Source: Nitrospirota bacterium (GTDB taxonomy: Bacteria; Nitrospirota; Nitrospiria; Nitrospirales; Nitrospiraceae). Taken from it: a DNA stretch of 64,000 bases. Shown piece by piece: positions 32,701-42,820 of this stretch. Each line of letters opens with the position of its first letter. Positions within the stretch are counted from its first letter, which is position 1. Location of the stretch: positions 224,001 through 288,000 of the forward strand of contig CAVPGK010000011.1 in assembly GCA_963703955.1 (NCBI GenBank), given 5' to 3'. The notes under the pieces are model-generated. The model had not been told where the DNA came from. It worked only from the letters and a program-made list of their open reading frames with translations, and did not search any database. The position numbers and the translations under genes were made by a program.

Positions 32701-35403
32701 CTACCGCCGGAGAGACACATTCAGTTGGGCTTGTGGAGACACCTGAAGCACGGCCGCGCCTGGCGCAATGTTCACCTGAGGAACAGAGGCACCGGGGCCC
32801 AATGCAAAGGGGGTAAACCCAGCAGGAACCGTCACCGTTCCACCACCCGAAACCCGCAACGTCGGGAAGCCTGGAATGCTCGTGCACCCCGCTGCGCAAA
32901 AATTATTGTTGATGGTCAAGACATTGGCGCCGGGGCCGAACACGCCGAATGCCGTACTCGTCAGATTCAAGACCGAGTTGCCGGCCAGGTTGACCAGGAC
33001 TCCGTTCACGGTCAAGGTGCTCCCATTCGTCAGCGAAAAGAGATGGCCTGTCACGGATGCGCTGGCTCCATTGGCGAGGTTGAAGAGATTGCCGTTGACA
33101 GTCAATCTGCTGGCGTCCAACCGGATCAGAGCGTCGCCGGGAACCAAATTCGCGCTCAGCAGTCCACGACTATTCCCCGGAGCCGCACCGCTGAGATCGG
33201 CAAAATGACCGGTGGTCGTCATCGTACTGTTCACGAGAACGAGGAGAGGCGCCGAAGCTTCCAGGAGCGCGCGGTCCACGGGGAGGACGCCGTTGAGCGC
33301 GCCCGTCGCCCGTATGACGATGGCCGATGTCGCCTGGACGCCGGCGACGCTCGGGTTCGACAATGGTGGATTGCTGTTGATGATTTCAAGGAGAGGCGGG
33401 ACGCCAGGATTTCCCCCGTTTTGGCCGAGTCGGCTCCCAGGGATCGTTTTCGGACCGGTGAGTTGGCTGTCTAACACGCTCAAAAGGCCAATCCTGGTCG
33501 CTGAGGAATCTGGACCGATTGTACTTCCGTCCAGCACCGCCAAGACCCGGTCCGATAATGCCACAAACGCAGGGCGTATGGTGGACGGAGAGTCTCTTTT
33601 CGCAACTACCGCAACAATTGAGCCGTTGACGACCTCCGATTGCCCGGTTTCGATAAAGTATTGGCGAGTAGCGTTAGTCGGTGCTTGTAGCGCCGCGGGG
33701 AGCACCCGATCAAAAGAAGGATTTTCGGAAAAGGCTGCGATCAATGTGGTGTCGTTGAGAACGACGCCGCCCGCCAGTGTGACCGTTCTATTTTCAACTG
33801 TTCCTGCCACGTCGCTTCGAGCGCGCACCACGCTATCTATGAGACTCCGTTCATTGGATGATTTTGCATTCAGGGTTGGATTTTGGAATCCGATGAAATT
33901 GCCACCGGTATTGGTCTCAGTTATGGTGCGGACTACCAGTGAATTGTTAAACGTTTGCGGATCCGGGACACTTCCATTATCCCGAGAGAATTGGAGCAAC
34001 GCCGACTGTGGCTGACTACTGCTGCTGAAAATTTCCGCGTTGTCATTCACAATCTGACCCTGTCGGTTTTGGTTTTGTATGCCCCCAGGCCCAGGAATCT
34101 GCATCGGTAGACCGGTATGAGGCCTTGGGTCCGCCGAGGTCGGTGCGGGAAGAAGAGGACTTGGAGTCACAAAAAGCGTCGACGATGGAGGTACTCCATT
34201 ATGGGGCGCAAGATTGGATGCACCACCATCCACCATTACCAGTTCTGATTTCGCCTGAATGGTGTGTTTGTCGAACACAACCAGCCCGCCGCCTCCTGTC
34301 ACGGAAAAAGGCTTCCCTTCTGCTCCTGTCCCCGTGAGGAATTGAATTGGAAAGGTATCGCTGTCATCGAAAATACCGGTGGCGGTTGTGGTCCTTGGCG
34401 TCAACGTCGCGCCACTGAAGAAAGAGCCCGTCCCGAACAGTGAGGCCGGCGTCACGTTTTGCTGGCTCAGAGTCTGCCCCGCGCCCGTGGTCGAGATAAT
34501 GACCCCGTCCGTGGAAAGAAACGCGCTGGTGGCTGCATTCTCCTTAAGCGGATTCTTGATATCGGTCGGGCCGAGCAAGAGACGTTGCAAGGCCTCCGCT
34601 TGTGTACGCTGCTGGGCCACGAGGTTTTGCATTCCCGCGTCCGGAATACGGGCGTGTGGTTCCGCAGCCGGGAGGGCATACTTGTCTCCCGACGCCGACG
34701 GGATGGGAAAGGGCTTGCCGGCCTGCCCGGCCACTACCTGTACATTCTGCCCGGCTTCGACATTGACCACCGATGCGCCCGGCGCGGATGACCTCAGCTG
34801 AACCGTTCCCTCCATGACTTGAATGGTTTCGACCTGGCCCGGCTGTCCGGGCCCTGTCGCCGCCGGAATCGGCGTGAAGACGACCGGCATCGCATGCGCC
34901 TCCCCGTCGCCCGGCTGTCGCAACGCCTGCCGTTTGCCGGCGATCATGTTGATTCGTATGAGTCCTCCGTGCGTGACCGTCGTCGCCGTCGGGGTGTGCA
35001 CGGTCACTGTACCCTCAGCCCGTGCCACAGCCAGGCGGACTTCTCCCCTCGTCAACTGCAGCACCGTCTGGCCCGGCGACTCGTCCAGAAATTGGAGCGA
35101 GGAATTCTCATCCAGCGTGATTAAGGCGTGTCGGCCTACCAGCACCTCTAGAACACCTCCCGCACCGGTGGTCACTTGGTCGCCGGAGCTGACCCCATCG
35201 TGAAAGCGTAACGGCTGAGCCTCTCTGGTCGTGTCAGCAGGCGACAGCAAAACTTCTCCTCGCAAGCCTGATACAACCGCACGGCGCGGGCTATCCCCTT
35301 TCGCGGCACGCTGGCTTTCCGCCGCCCACAGGCTGGCCGGCCCCAACAGTTGTGTGATCGCCAACAGCATGATTCCGCCATATGATGGTCCGTACGCGTG
35401 CAT
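32701..35403 (-). CDS. Large FecR-domain protein with Gly/Thr/Asn-rich, beta-helix-like passenger
   Basis: N-terminal VSSGDQVTTG..LEV..ITLDENSSL..LTRGEVR..VHTPTAT FecR pattern; C-terminal GNLFNLANG/GHLFSLTNG/GVLVNLAGN repeats. Confidence 0.8.
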   Translation of the reverse strand: MHAYGPSYGGIMLLAITQLLGPASLWAAESQRAAKGDSPRRAVVSGLRGEVLLSPADTTREAQPLRFHDGVSSGDQVTTGAGGVLEVLVGRHALITLDENSSLQFLDESPGQTVLQLTRGEVRLAVARAEGTVTVHTPTATTVTHGGLIRINMIAGKRQALRQPGDGEAHAMPVVFTPIPAATGPGQPGQVETIQVMEGTVQLRSSAPGASVVNVEAGQNVQVVAGQAGKPFPIPSASGDKYALPAAEPHARIPDAGMQNLVAQQRTQAEALQRLLLGPTDIKNPLKENAATSAFLSTDGVIISTTGAGQTLSQQNVTPASLFGTGSFFSGATLTPRTTTATGIFDDSDTFPIQFLTGTGAEGKPFSVTGGGGLVVFDKHTIQAKSELVMVDGGASNLAPHNGVPPSSTLFVTPSPLLPAPTSADPRPHTGLPMQIPGPGGIQNQNRQGQIVNDNAEIFSSSSQPQSALLQFSRDNGSVPDPQTFNNSLVVRTITETNTGGNFIGFQNPTLNAKSSNERSLIDSVVRARSDVAGTVENRTVTLAGGVVLNDTTLIAAFSENPSFDRVLPAALQAPTNATRQYFIETGQSEVVNGSIVAVVAKRDSPSTIRPAFVALSDRVLAVLDGSTIGPDSSATRIGLLSVLDSQLTGPKTIPGSRLGQNGGNPGVPPLLEIINSNPPLSNPSVAGVQATSAIVIRATGALNGVLPVDRALLEASAPLLVLVNSTMTTTGHFADLSGAAPGNSRGLLSANLVPGDALIRLDASRLTVNGNLFNLANGASASVTGHLFSLTNGSTLTVNGVLVNLAGNSVLNLTSTAFGVFGPGANVLTINNNFCAAGCTSIPGFPTLRVSGGGTVTVPAGFTPFALGPGASVPQVNIAPGAAVLQVSPQAQLNVSLRR

Positions 35404-35480
35404 CAGCTACCTCGACGGGAAGTTAAGGGTGAAAGGCCCTCGAATCGCCTGCATCGTCTTTGGGCTCCAGACAAATCGTC

Positions 35481-35509
35481 TTGACACCCAGCAGCCCTGA
35501 AGGTACATA
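35481..35509 (+). promoter_or_regulatory. Sigma70-like promoter
   Basis: TTGACA-N17-TACATA upstream of the TPR-barrel gene. Confidence 0.5.
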
Positions 35510-35586
35510 GTCGCAACCCTTGACATGCAATGGCGAGAAGACTGTTCATGGAACCGATGCCTGATCCGGTCAGGTGACGTGACCGA

Positions 35587-37257
35587 ATGTCCGCGAATGG
35601 AGGAAGGTTGTCACAAACAATATTTGACCGTCAAGTGCTCCTCTGCAAAAGATCACCCCTCGTTGCGATGTTTGTCATCATCCTCGTCATCGCCGTCCTG
35701 TCGCTCACGAACTCCGGGCTGGCCGCACAACGGGCCGAAGCCGACGTCTTGGTAGCCCGTGGGGTTCTCGCCTACGACGACCAACGGTATGATGAAGCGC
35801 TGGAACTCTTTAGGCGAGCGCTCAACCTCGACTCGGAGAATGCTCGCGCCTTGTACTACATCGGGCTGACCCATTCAGCCTTAAAGAAGCCCGAACAGGC
35901 GATTGCCCCACTGGAAAAGGCGAACAAACTTCGTCCCAAAGATGTCGATATCCAATATCAGTTAGGGGTGGCGTATTTCACCGCCGGAAACTACGACCTG
36001 GCCACCCCTTTGCTCGAAGACGTCTATCGGGAGCAACCCGACCGAGAGAATCTTGGGTACTACGTCGGGCTCGGACGGTACCGACAAAAAGAGTACAAGA
36101 AGGCCGCGGACGCTTTTGAAACGGCCAACATCAGTGATCCCGATCTTCGTAATCTCGGGAAGTTCTACAGAGGGCTTTCGCTGGGGGTGCTCGGGCTTTC
36201 GAAAGAGGCCGCAGCCGAACTGACAGACATCCAAAGTGCCCAGACCGTGGACCCATTCGGCCAGGCTGCCGCTCGGATCGGTCAACGACTCGGCACCGCG
36301 CGGCCAGCGGAAGAGGAAAAGCGTTTTCGAGCACAGGTTACCTTGGGCGCATACTACGACGACAACGTGGCCATCAATCCCAATCCGAGCTCTAACCAGG
36401 TCGCCGAGGAGCTCGCGTCTCGCACCACAGCCTCCCCCGGCCTGATGGCCTCCATTCTGGCCGACTACTCCTTCTATCGACGAGGGCCATATGAAGGGAC
36501 CGTCTCGTATTCCTTCTATCAGACCCTCAACCTCAATGACGGACTCGCTCGATTCAATATCTGGGACAACCAATTCAGTTTGAACGGCTTTTACCGCGGG
36601 ACCGTGATGAATCTTCCCTATCAGCTGGCTCCCCAATTTACCTATGACTACTTGTTCCTGAACCTGGACGGATTCTTATCCCGCGTCTCTCCGTCATTTT
36701 CTGCGACTCTCGCTGAACCGAGCTTTACCCTACCGTATGTCGGCAAGGTGGGTAACATGACGACGGCTGTGTTGAGGTATCAGCACAAGGAGTTTTTCCG
36801 GGAGCCCGACGTTCGGTTCCCATCGGAAGCGCGCGATGCGGACAACACGATGTTTGGATTCCTGCACTTGTTTCGATTCGACAACGATCGCTACTTGTTC
36901 AGGCTTGGGTATCAATACGATATCGAAGCTGCGGAAGGCAGTTCCTTTTCCTACAACGGGAACCGATTACAGACCGGCCTGCAGGTAGCCCTTCCGTGGT
37001 ACCAGCTCAGCGTCCGGTACGATTTCGATGTCCATTTCAGGGACTATACGAATATCCAGACATTGTTCGTCGATGATGAGGGCGTTCTCTCCAAGCGCAG
37101 CGATATTGAGCAGAACAATTTGCTGCAGATCATTAAACCGATAGCTCATAATCTGACGCTGACGGCTCAATATCAGCGGCTCCGCAATATTTCGAACATT
37201 CCCGTCTACGATTTCACGAAGAACGTGGTCATGTTTATGGTGACCTGGACCTATTGA
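35587..37257 (+). CDS. TPR-repeat protein with C-terminal outer-membrane beta-barrel (Slam/DUF560-like)
   Basis: Several TPRs, then GAYYDDNV barrel start, aromatic strands, SNIPVYDFTKN, terminal WTY; likely start at 35668. Confidence 0.8.
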   Translation: MSANGGRLSQTIFDRQVLLCKRSPLVAMFVIILVIAVLSLTNSGLAAQRAEADVLVARGVLAYDDQRYDEALELFRRALNLDSENARALYYIGLTHSALKKPEQAIAPLEKANKLRPKDVDIQYQLGVAYFTAGNYDLATPLLEDVYREQPDRENLGYYVGLGRYRQKEYKKAADAFETANISDPDLRNLGKFYRGLSLGVLGLSKEAAAELTDIQSAQTVDPFGQAAARIGQRLGTARPAEEEKRFRAQVTLGAYYDDNVAINPNPSSNQVAEELASRTTASPGLMASILADYSFYRRGPYEGTVSYSFYQTLNLNDGLARFNIWDNQFSLNGFYRGTVMNLPYQLAPQFTYDYLFLNLDGFLSRVSPSFSATLAEPSFTLPYVGKVGNMTTAVLRYQHKEFFREPDVRFPSEARDADNTMFGFLHLFRFDNDRYLFRLGYQYDIEAAEGSSFSYNGNRLQTGLQVALPWYQLSVRYDFDVHFRDYTNIQTLFVDDEGVLSKRSDIEQNNLLQIIKPIAHNLTLTAQYQRLRNISNIPVYDFTKNVVMFMVTWTY

Positions 37258-37321
37258 CCGTCGGCGGCCCGGTCTCGTCATCGGGGGTGCAAAGATCAAG
37301 GGCGGATGGCTGAGATGGCTC

Positions 37322-37846
37322 GTGCTCCTCCCGCTTGCGGTGGGATGCGCGCCGACCTTCCATTGGGTACATGACACTCCCGCCAACCCCTCTTGCGTGC
37401 CTGATCGTCTTCTTTCGTGGGACGATTATCAACAACGATCGGCTCAGGGCAAACGCGGCGCCGAAACCGCAGTTCGTTTTCACCTCGACCAAAGCCAGCC
37501 CCCTCGGATTCATGCAAGATTCGACCCTGATCTTTCATGGGTGAGACCCGAGGTAGTGAACGCCCCGGACACGCGACGATCCGAGCGGCTTCTGCGCCAT
37601 GAGCAGGTCCACTTCGCGATCAGTTGCTTGCTCACGCGCGAAGCGAATCTTGCCCTTCAGACGGGAGGCGATCCGCACGCCATGTTGTCGCTGCTGAACG
37701 CGGTCGCCACACGGATCAACGTGCAATACGACGTGGAAACCAATCATGGCCTCAACGCCGAGCAACAGGAGCTGTGGGAAGAAACGATTGAGGGCCGGTT
37801 AGCCGCCGGGCCTTTGACAAAATCTGCAGGCGCGCAGCGTCATTAG
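37322..37846 (+). CDS. DUF922-like Zn-dependent protease family lipoprotein
   Basis: LAVGC lipobox, LLRHEQVHF, YDVETNHG..QQ..W; start uncertain. Confidence 0.75.
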   Translation: MLLPLAVGCAPTFHWVHDTPANPSCVPDRLLSWDDYQQRSAQGKRGAETAVRFHLDQSQPPRIHARFDPDLSWVRPEVVNAPDTRRSERLLRHEQVHFAISCLLTREANLALQTGGDPHAMLSLLNAVATRINVQYDVETNHGLNAEQQELWEETIEGRLAAGPLTKSAGAQRH

Positions 37847-38058
37847 GTACGGATCGGCCGTTCATGATGCGAGGTCGTCACGGAGGAGTGTAGTCAGGTC
37901 TGGAGAGTCTGCGTTCAGATTTCGACGATGAGGCTGGCTGGCACGGCCCATTGCCTTGCCTAAATCCTGCGAAACGTCGGGGCTCTCAGCGTACAGACAC
38001 CGGGATTGAACTGTGCTTCCACATTCCCCCTTCGGCTGCCATGCGATGCCATACGTTG

Positions 38059-38472
38059 TCAGGAACGGCTGGCCACCTTGTCTTCAGCAGGGCAGTCTCC
38101 CGTTTGCAGCACATAGAACTTCCCGGCAATGCCCAGTGCCTTCCCAACGCTTCGCGAGACGCTGTTGCTTTGACAATAGTCGAACTCGGTCGAGTACACG
38201 GACAAGATGACGTAGTTGTCGCGTTTGGTGCGCTTCATCAATACGGTCAACAGACCGGACGAGTCCGGGCTGGATTCCGGGGAAGAGCCCATTGGGAGGG
38301 ATTGTAGGATAGACGCCAAGAGCGCGTCAGATGAACTCTGGCGTTGTTGAGCGGCAGGGACCAAGATCTGTTCTCGATATTCCGATAGGGCGGGATTCGT
38401 GACACCTAGGACCGATACGAGACTCACGAGGAGCGCGGCTGTGGCCCCCCATATGACGGTTCGCTTCTTCAT
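38059..38472 (-). CDS. Secreted hypothetical protein
   Basis: RBS aggagg, signal peptide MKKRTVIWG. Confidence 0.65.
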   Translation of the reverse strand: MKKRTVIWGATAALLVSLVSVLGVTNPALSEYREQILVPAAQQRQSSSDALLASILQSLPMGSSPESSPDSSGLLTVLMKRTKRDNYVILSVYSTEFDYCQSNSVSRSVGKALGIAGKFYVLQTGDCPAEDKVASRS

Positions 38473-38514
38473 GGCATCCTCCTGTCCTCTGTGGCTCAGT
38501 CAGGTCGGCATGCC

Positions 38515-38529
38515 GCAACTCCTATGCCC
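38515..38529 (-). promoter_or_regulatory. Sigma54 promoter
   Basis: Minus strand GGGCATAGGAGTTGC (GG-N10-GC); TGT-N10-ACA palindrome at 38625-38640 upstream. Confidence 0.65.
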
Positions 38530-38737
38530 GGTAACCCAACTTCCTTGATCAGAAAAAACCCTTATCCCACCGCTGATTAGATCAGAGTTCTCCGGGAATG
38601 GAAAAGAGACGGCAGGATCGGTCTTGTTCAGAATTGAACACCCCAGACAAAGATCACCTGTCAGGATGAACGGGAATCAAGGCTGAGTGAGATCGCGGCG
38701 TCTCCCTCAGATATAACGATAGTAGAATCCAACGCAA

Positions 38738-39598
38738 TTATCCCCCCATCCGCTGTTCCAAACGTTTCAGTGCCTTCATCATCACAGGATCACCGAGTCC
38801 CACTTCACTCAGCGCATCCATGATGTGGAGCCCTTTGGCAGCGACCATCTCTTTGGCTCTGTCGTACTGCTGGCGATTGAATCGTGCGACCGCCGGCTGC
38901 CCGTTGACGATTTGGCAGGCCAGGATCTCTCCGTCCGCTTCCAAGGTGCCTCCCTGCTCGATGAGTTCTTTGGCCTGCGCGATCGTGATCCGATGCAAGG
39001 CGGCAAATTCGCCGACGCCTCCGGTTTCGGCCAGTCGCCCATCGGGCATAATGCAGAGTCGTTTAAAATGGGGAGACCAATCCTTACGGAAATCGATGTA
39101 CTTGATGTCGCCGCCCCTTGCGATTGCGCGATCCAACTTCGAGTAATCGAGCCCCAAGTTCTTCTCCTTCAGGCGGGTCTGTAACTCAGGCGGGAGGGTG
39201 CGATAGAAGACGCGGGACGCCGACTCTTCAAGAGGAAGCCGATAGGAACTGGCGATTTGCTCCGCCTCGGCATATTGCTGGATATCCAGCACCCATGTCT
39301 GTTTTGGCGTGAGGCCGGATGGATCCACGACGCAGGCAAACAGGCCCTGGGTGACGAGCAGTCTCGTTTGGGGATAGGCGTAGATTCCTCCATCGCTGAG
39401 TAAATGAGTCATCGTGTCGAGAGGAATCTCGTAACTTTCCGACAGCACGTGCGCATGCGCCGCCAGATCTTCTTTCTCAGTCATGGCGCACAGCGTGACG
39501 TTCCCAGGCGGATCAAATTCGGAATAGTCTTCGATGAGGTTATACAAGACAGGCCGTTTTTCAGGCGCTGCTATCTTCTTCCTTTTAATTGTATACAT
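38738..39598 (-). CDS. Hypothetical protein with internal duplication
   Basis: 286-aa ORF with two similar segments (GG..FAC..QQYAEA / GG..LAC..QQYDRA). Confidence 0.7.
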   Translation of the reverse strand: MYTIKRKKIAAPEKRPVLYNLIEDYSEFDPPGNVTLCAMTEKEDLAAHAHVLSESYEIPLDTMTHLLSDGGIYAYPQTRLLVTQGLFACVVDPSGLTPKQTWVLDIQQYAEAEQIASSYRLPLEESASRVFYRTLPPELQTRLKEKNLGLDYSKLDRAIARGGDIKYIDFRKDWSPHFKRLCIMPDGRLAETGGVGEFAALHRITIAQAKELIEQGGTLEADGEILACQIVNGQPAVARFNRQQYDRAKEMVAAKGLHIMDALSEVGLGDPVMMKALKRLEQRMGG

Positions 39599-39610
39599 GG
39601 ATAAGAATGC

Positions 39611-41401
39611 TCATACACTACTTGAAGGATGATAGGGTGGGAGCGTGGTCAAGCGCGGATCCTCCACAGGCCCGCCCGTCGTAAAATGATAGAGCGATTG
39701 AAAGGCTGTGTCCGTGAAGCCGAACACCTGATGCACCGGGTCATCAAAGAAACAGCCGATCCCTGTCGCCCGAAGCTCAGCAGCCTCAGCCTCAAGATAG
39801 AGAACCTGGCCGAGTACCCCGGTCTCCCAGAACAGCCGCCGGTAAAACCACGCTCCATACCGGCGCAAGCTCGGCTCGAATTCCGCAATCATTCCCAAGG
39901 AGAAGGCGCTGTCGCCGGCGATCTCTTGATGACAGCTCACCTGGGCCGCAAGCCGCCGTGCATCCCCCACCTCCAGTAGAAACAGCGGGAGATCATCGGG
40001 ACAGGCCGGCGGTTTGGCCCAGACAAAATGCTCATGCATGGCATGACGCAACACATCGCATTTCGTCATGTCACGAACGAGCACGTAGAGCCCTGGCTCC
40101 AACCCTTCTACTCGATGGACAAACAGGGCAAGGTGGATCACCGGATCCCATGGAACCGCATCCCAGGGCATGGGGCGACTCAACAGCGGCCGTTCATGTC
40201 GCGGCAGGACCCGAGACAACATCCCGAAAAAATCCCCGGCTGAGAGACCTGTCTTACCGTCGAAGCCCAGCGCGCTCCGCCGCTGACGAATGATCCGTCC
40301 TGCGACCGGTTTTTCAGGCGAGGCGCCTACGCGATCACTCGCGAGGTCGCGAGTAGCGTCGCTCGGGTTCCCCCGCACACCCAGTTCAACCGCCTCCCGA
40401 TCCGTCGATGGCTTCCACGAAGCCGCCGCGACGACATCAATGATCTCCCACGGATCAGGCGCATCTCGGCTGAGCCGGTTAGCTTTGCCATACCAGGTCG
40501 CGTCGCTGAGGCTCTGAACCGCTTCAGCATGCAGCGACAGCGGGAGCGAACGGAGCTTCTCCACCTTCTCACCTACTGAAACAGAGTGCGACGGCCATAC
40601 CATGGCCACACAGTCGGGGTGCTCCGATTCAGCACCAACAAAGTCTTCGTTGCGGTTGAGCCCCAACAGGTTTGCGAGCAGATCATCTCCGACATCATCC
40701 AGTACAACCATCTGCCATCCCAACGTCGCGGCAGCTATGCGAGCCGTGGCGATGGCATGCCCAACGTCGTGCTGACAATAGCGATAGCCTCGCTCTCCAT
40801 ACTTCCAGGATTCCCGCCAGTGAATCGACGTCAACGCGAACAAGAACGCCTGCGGTGGAAACGGGCTCATGAGGTCACTGAACCAACTTTGTCTATGATC
40901 CGTCCGCCGTTCCAGGGCGTGCTCTTTGGGAGCGTAATGATACAGTCCCGGCGTCGGTCCCAATCCCACAAGCCCGTCGATGAGCAGATACCCCTCAGTG
41001 GGATGCAGATTGCCGCTGGATGGATTGCTTCGGAGGGCCCAGCGCGCGCCTCCCGCTTCTTTCCAGGCCGAGAGCGCAAGGGCATACTCGAAAAAGCGTG
41101 AGATCGTTCGAACCGTTACGGGTTGGCTCGTGATCGACCCCGGACAATAGAGATCATCATACGGCGGCGAAAGCGGGTCGTCTTCGAGCCGCAAGATCGG
41201 CAACGAGATGAGTGGGGCGCCTTCGAATCGTCGAAAGGGATTCGGCTGATTGGCCCAGTCCATGTACCCCAACGATCGGGCATACCGATTGAAATGATGC
41301 TTCGTCTGCTGGTGGTAGCCGATCACCTGCAGGATCGGATCTGGTCCTACCTTCTCCGGCGCTTGCATTATCACTCGGTCTGATCTCTCGCGTGCCCTCA
41401 T
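39611..41401 (-). CDS. SagB/ThcOx family tandem nitroreductase
   Basis: YHQQTKH, LRSNPSSGNLHPTEGY, WRESWKYGERGYRYCQHDVGHA, RQRRSA, TGIGCFFDD. Confidence 0.9.
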   Translation of the reverse strand: MRARERSDRVIMQAPEKVGPDPILQVIGYHQQTKHHFNRYARSLGYMDWANQPNPFRRFEGAPLISLPILRLEDDPLSPPYDDLYCPGSITSQPVTVRTISRFFEYALALSAWKEAGGARWALRSNPSSGNLHPTEGYLLIDGLVGLGPTPGLYHYAPKEHALERRTDHRQSWFSDLMSPFPPQAFLFALTSIHWRESWKYGERGYRYCQHDVGHAIATARIAAATLGWQMVVLDDVGDDLLANLLGLNRNEDFVGAESEHPDCVAMVWPSHSVSVGEKVEKLRSLPLSLHAEAVQSLSDATWYGKANRLSRDAPDPWEIIDVVAAASWKPSTDREAVELGVRGNPSDATRDLASDRVGASPEKPVAGRIIRQRRSALGFDGKTGLSAGDFFGMLSRVLPRHERPLLSRPMPWDAVPWDPVIHLALFVHRVEGLEPGLYVLVRDMTKCDVLRHAMHEHFVWAKPPACPDDLPLFLLEVGDARRLAAQVSCHQEIAGDSAFSLGMIAEFEPSLRRYGAWFYRRLFWETGVLGQVLYLEAEAAELRATGIGCFFDDPVHQVFGFTDTAFQSLYHFTTGGPVEDPRLTTLPPYHPSSSV

Positions 41402-41520
41402 AATGACAACCGTCTTTCCAGTCTACCTGCCGCCCCTGTTGAAAGTAAATCGACCGGCAAGCTAGTTGACCGGAGGCGACGATGCCGGTATTCTCGCAGC
41501 AACCATCTGGGGGAATTCGC

Positions 41521-41940
41521 ATGCGGTTCGACCCTTCGATAGCGGCCCAACACTCGTTCATGCAGACGCAGGTGACCAGAGAACTCGGAGAAGATACGGA
41601 CGCCGCCCAAAAGGCGGAGGACACCTTCTCTTCGACCGCGGGAGAGGAAGCCAAGGCCGCCTACCATCTGTTGCAGCACATGGGAGACCGGTACCCGAAC
41701 GCGAGAGCGTTCCACCAATTCCTGATCTACATCACGTGGCAGCAGGTCACGGAAGAAACCATTCCCACACACTTCAAAAAGGGTCTGCAGCTCTGTGATC
41801 GTTATCTCACCAAATGGAATGTCGACGACGTTCATGGAAGACAGATTCACGAACTCCGCGCTTCATTCCGAGCCGGACTGGGATTGGACCAGGAAGAAGA
41901 CGATGACTTCGCCCAGGACACGTTCAAAGGGGGAGACTGA
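41521..41940 (+). CDS. Hypothetical protein
   Basis: ORF co-oriented with the downstream TPR gene; acidic tail ending KGGD. Confidence 0.65.
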   Translation: MRFDPSIAAQHSFMQTQVTRELGEDTDAAQKAEDTFSSTAGEEAKAAYHLLQHMGDRYPNARAFHQFLIYITWQQVTEETIPTHFKKGLQLCDRYLTKWNVDDVHGRQIHELRASFRAGLGLDQEEDDDFAQDTFKGGD

Positions 41941-41958
41941 GAGCAAGAATTCTCAACG

Positions 41959-42801
41959 ATGGCCGACATGTCGGATGACGACAAACATCGAGCCCGCATT
42001 TTTCTCCATCGCGGCGATCTGCCCCAGGCTCGTCTGTGCTATGAGCGAGCCCTCGACGCCGACCGGGAGTCCGAGGACACGCAGGCCTTGTCGGACACGT
42101 TGGGGAACCTGGGGAATGTCTGCGCCATGATGGGAGACGTGGACACAGCGTCACACTGTTATCGAGAAGTGCTTGAGCTACAGCGTGAGCAACGGAATCA
42201 GGCCGCGATCGGCCAGACCTTGGTCAATCTTGGCAACCTGCACGCGGAGTCCGGGCATGCCGAGCAGGCCCGCGCCTATTATCTGGAGGCTCTGGACATC
42301 CTGGAACCGCTTGACGATCATTGTGCCCTCGGTGTGCTGTACTCCAATCTTGGCCTGCAAGAGGCAACCGCCGCCCGCCTCGATGAGTCAATCCGTTATT
42401 TCACAAAGGCTCTGGAGTTGCACCGGCGTGTCGGCGATGAGAAAAGTCTAGCCGTGACCTATAGTCAGCTGGGCAAGACGTTCCTCCTCGCCGGCAGCCC
42501 CCAGCAGGCGGAACGGTGTTTGAACAATGCGTCCGAGCACTTCATCAAGCTCGGCAATGCGACCGGCGAAGCCGCCGCCCTGCGATTGCTGGCCGATTTG
42601 TATGAGCAACGCGGCGATAATCAATCGGCCCTGTGTTGTCTTGAACGCGCAGTACGGGTCGGCCGGCATTACGATGCGGCTCAGTCCGCGTTTGACCTGG
42701 AGCGCATCGCTCGTTTACGGCCCGGATTGCGCGCCCAAAACCAGCGGGACGCGCAGGCGGATCGGTCCCGAAAGTACGGTGAAAGGCAACAATCGGATTG
42801 A
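41959..42801 (+). CDS. Tetratricopeptide repeat protein
   Basis: Repeated TLGNLG/TLVNLG/YSNLG/YSQLG TPR units. Confidence 0.85.
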   Translation: MADMSDDDKHRARIFLHRGDLPQARLCYERALDADRESEDTQALSDTLGNLGNVCAMMGDVDTASHCYREVLELQREQRNQAAIGQTLVNLGNLHAESGHAEQARAYYLEALDILEPLDDHCALGVLYSNLGLQEATAARLDESIRYFTKALELHRRVGDEKSLAVTYSQLGKTFLLAGSPQQAERCLNNASEHFIKLGNATGEAAALRLLADLYEQRGDNQSALCCLERAVRVGRHYDAAQSAFDLERIARLRPGLRAQNQRDAQADRSRKYGERQQSD

Positions 42802-42820
42802 GTAGGAATCAAGGGTGCCG

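Noticed and set aside
39611..41401. RiPP (azole peptide) biosynthetic cluster
   Set aside because: No YcaO cyclodehydratase or precursor peptide nearby; stand-alone SagB-like nitroreductase
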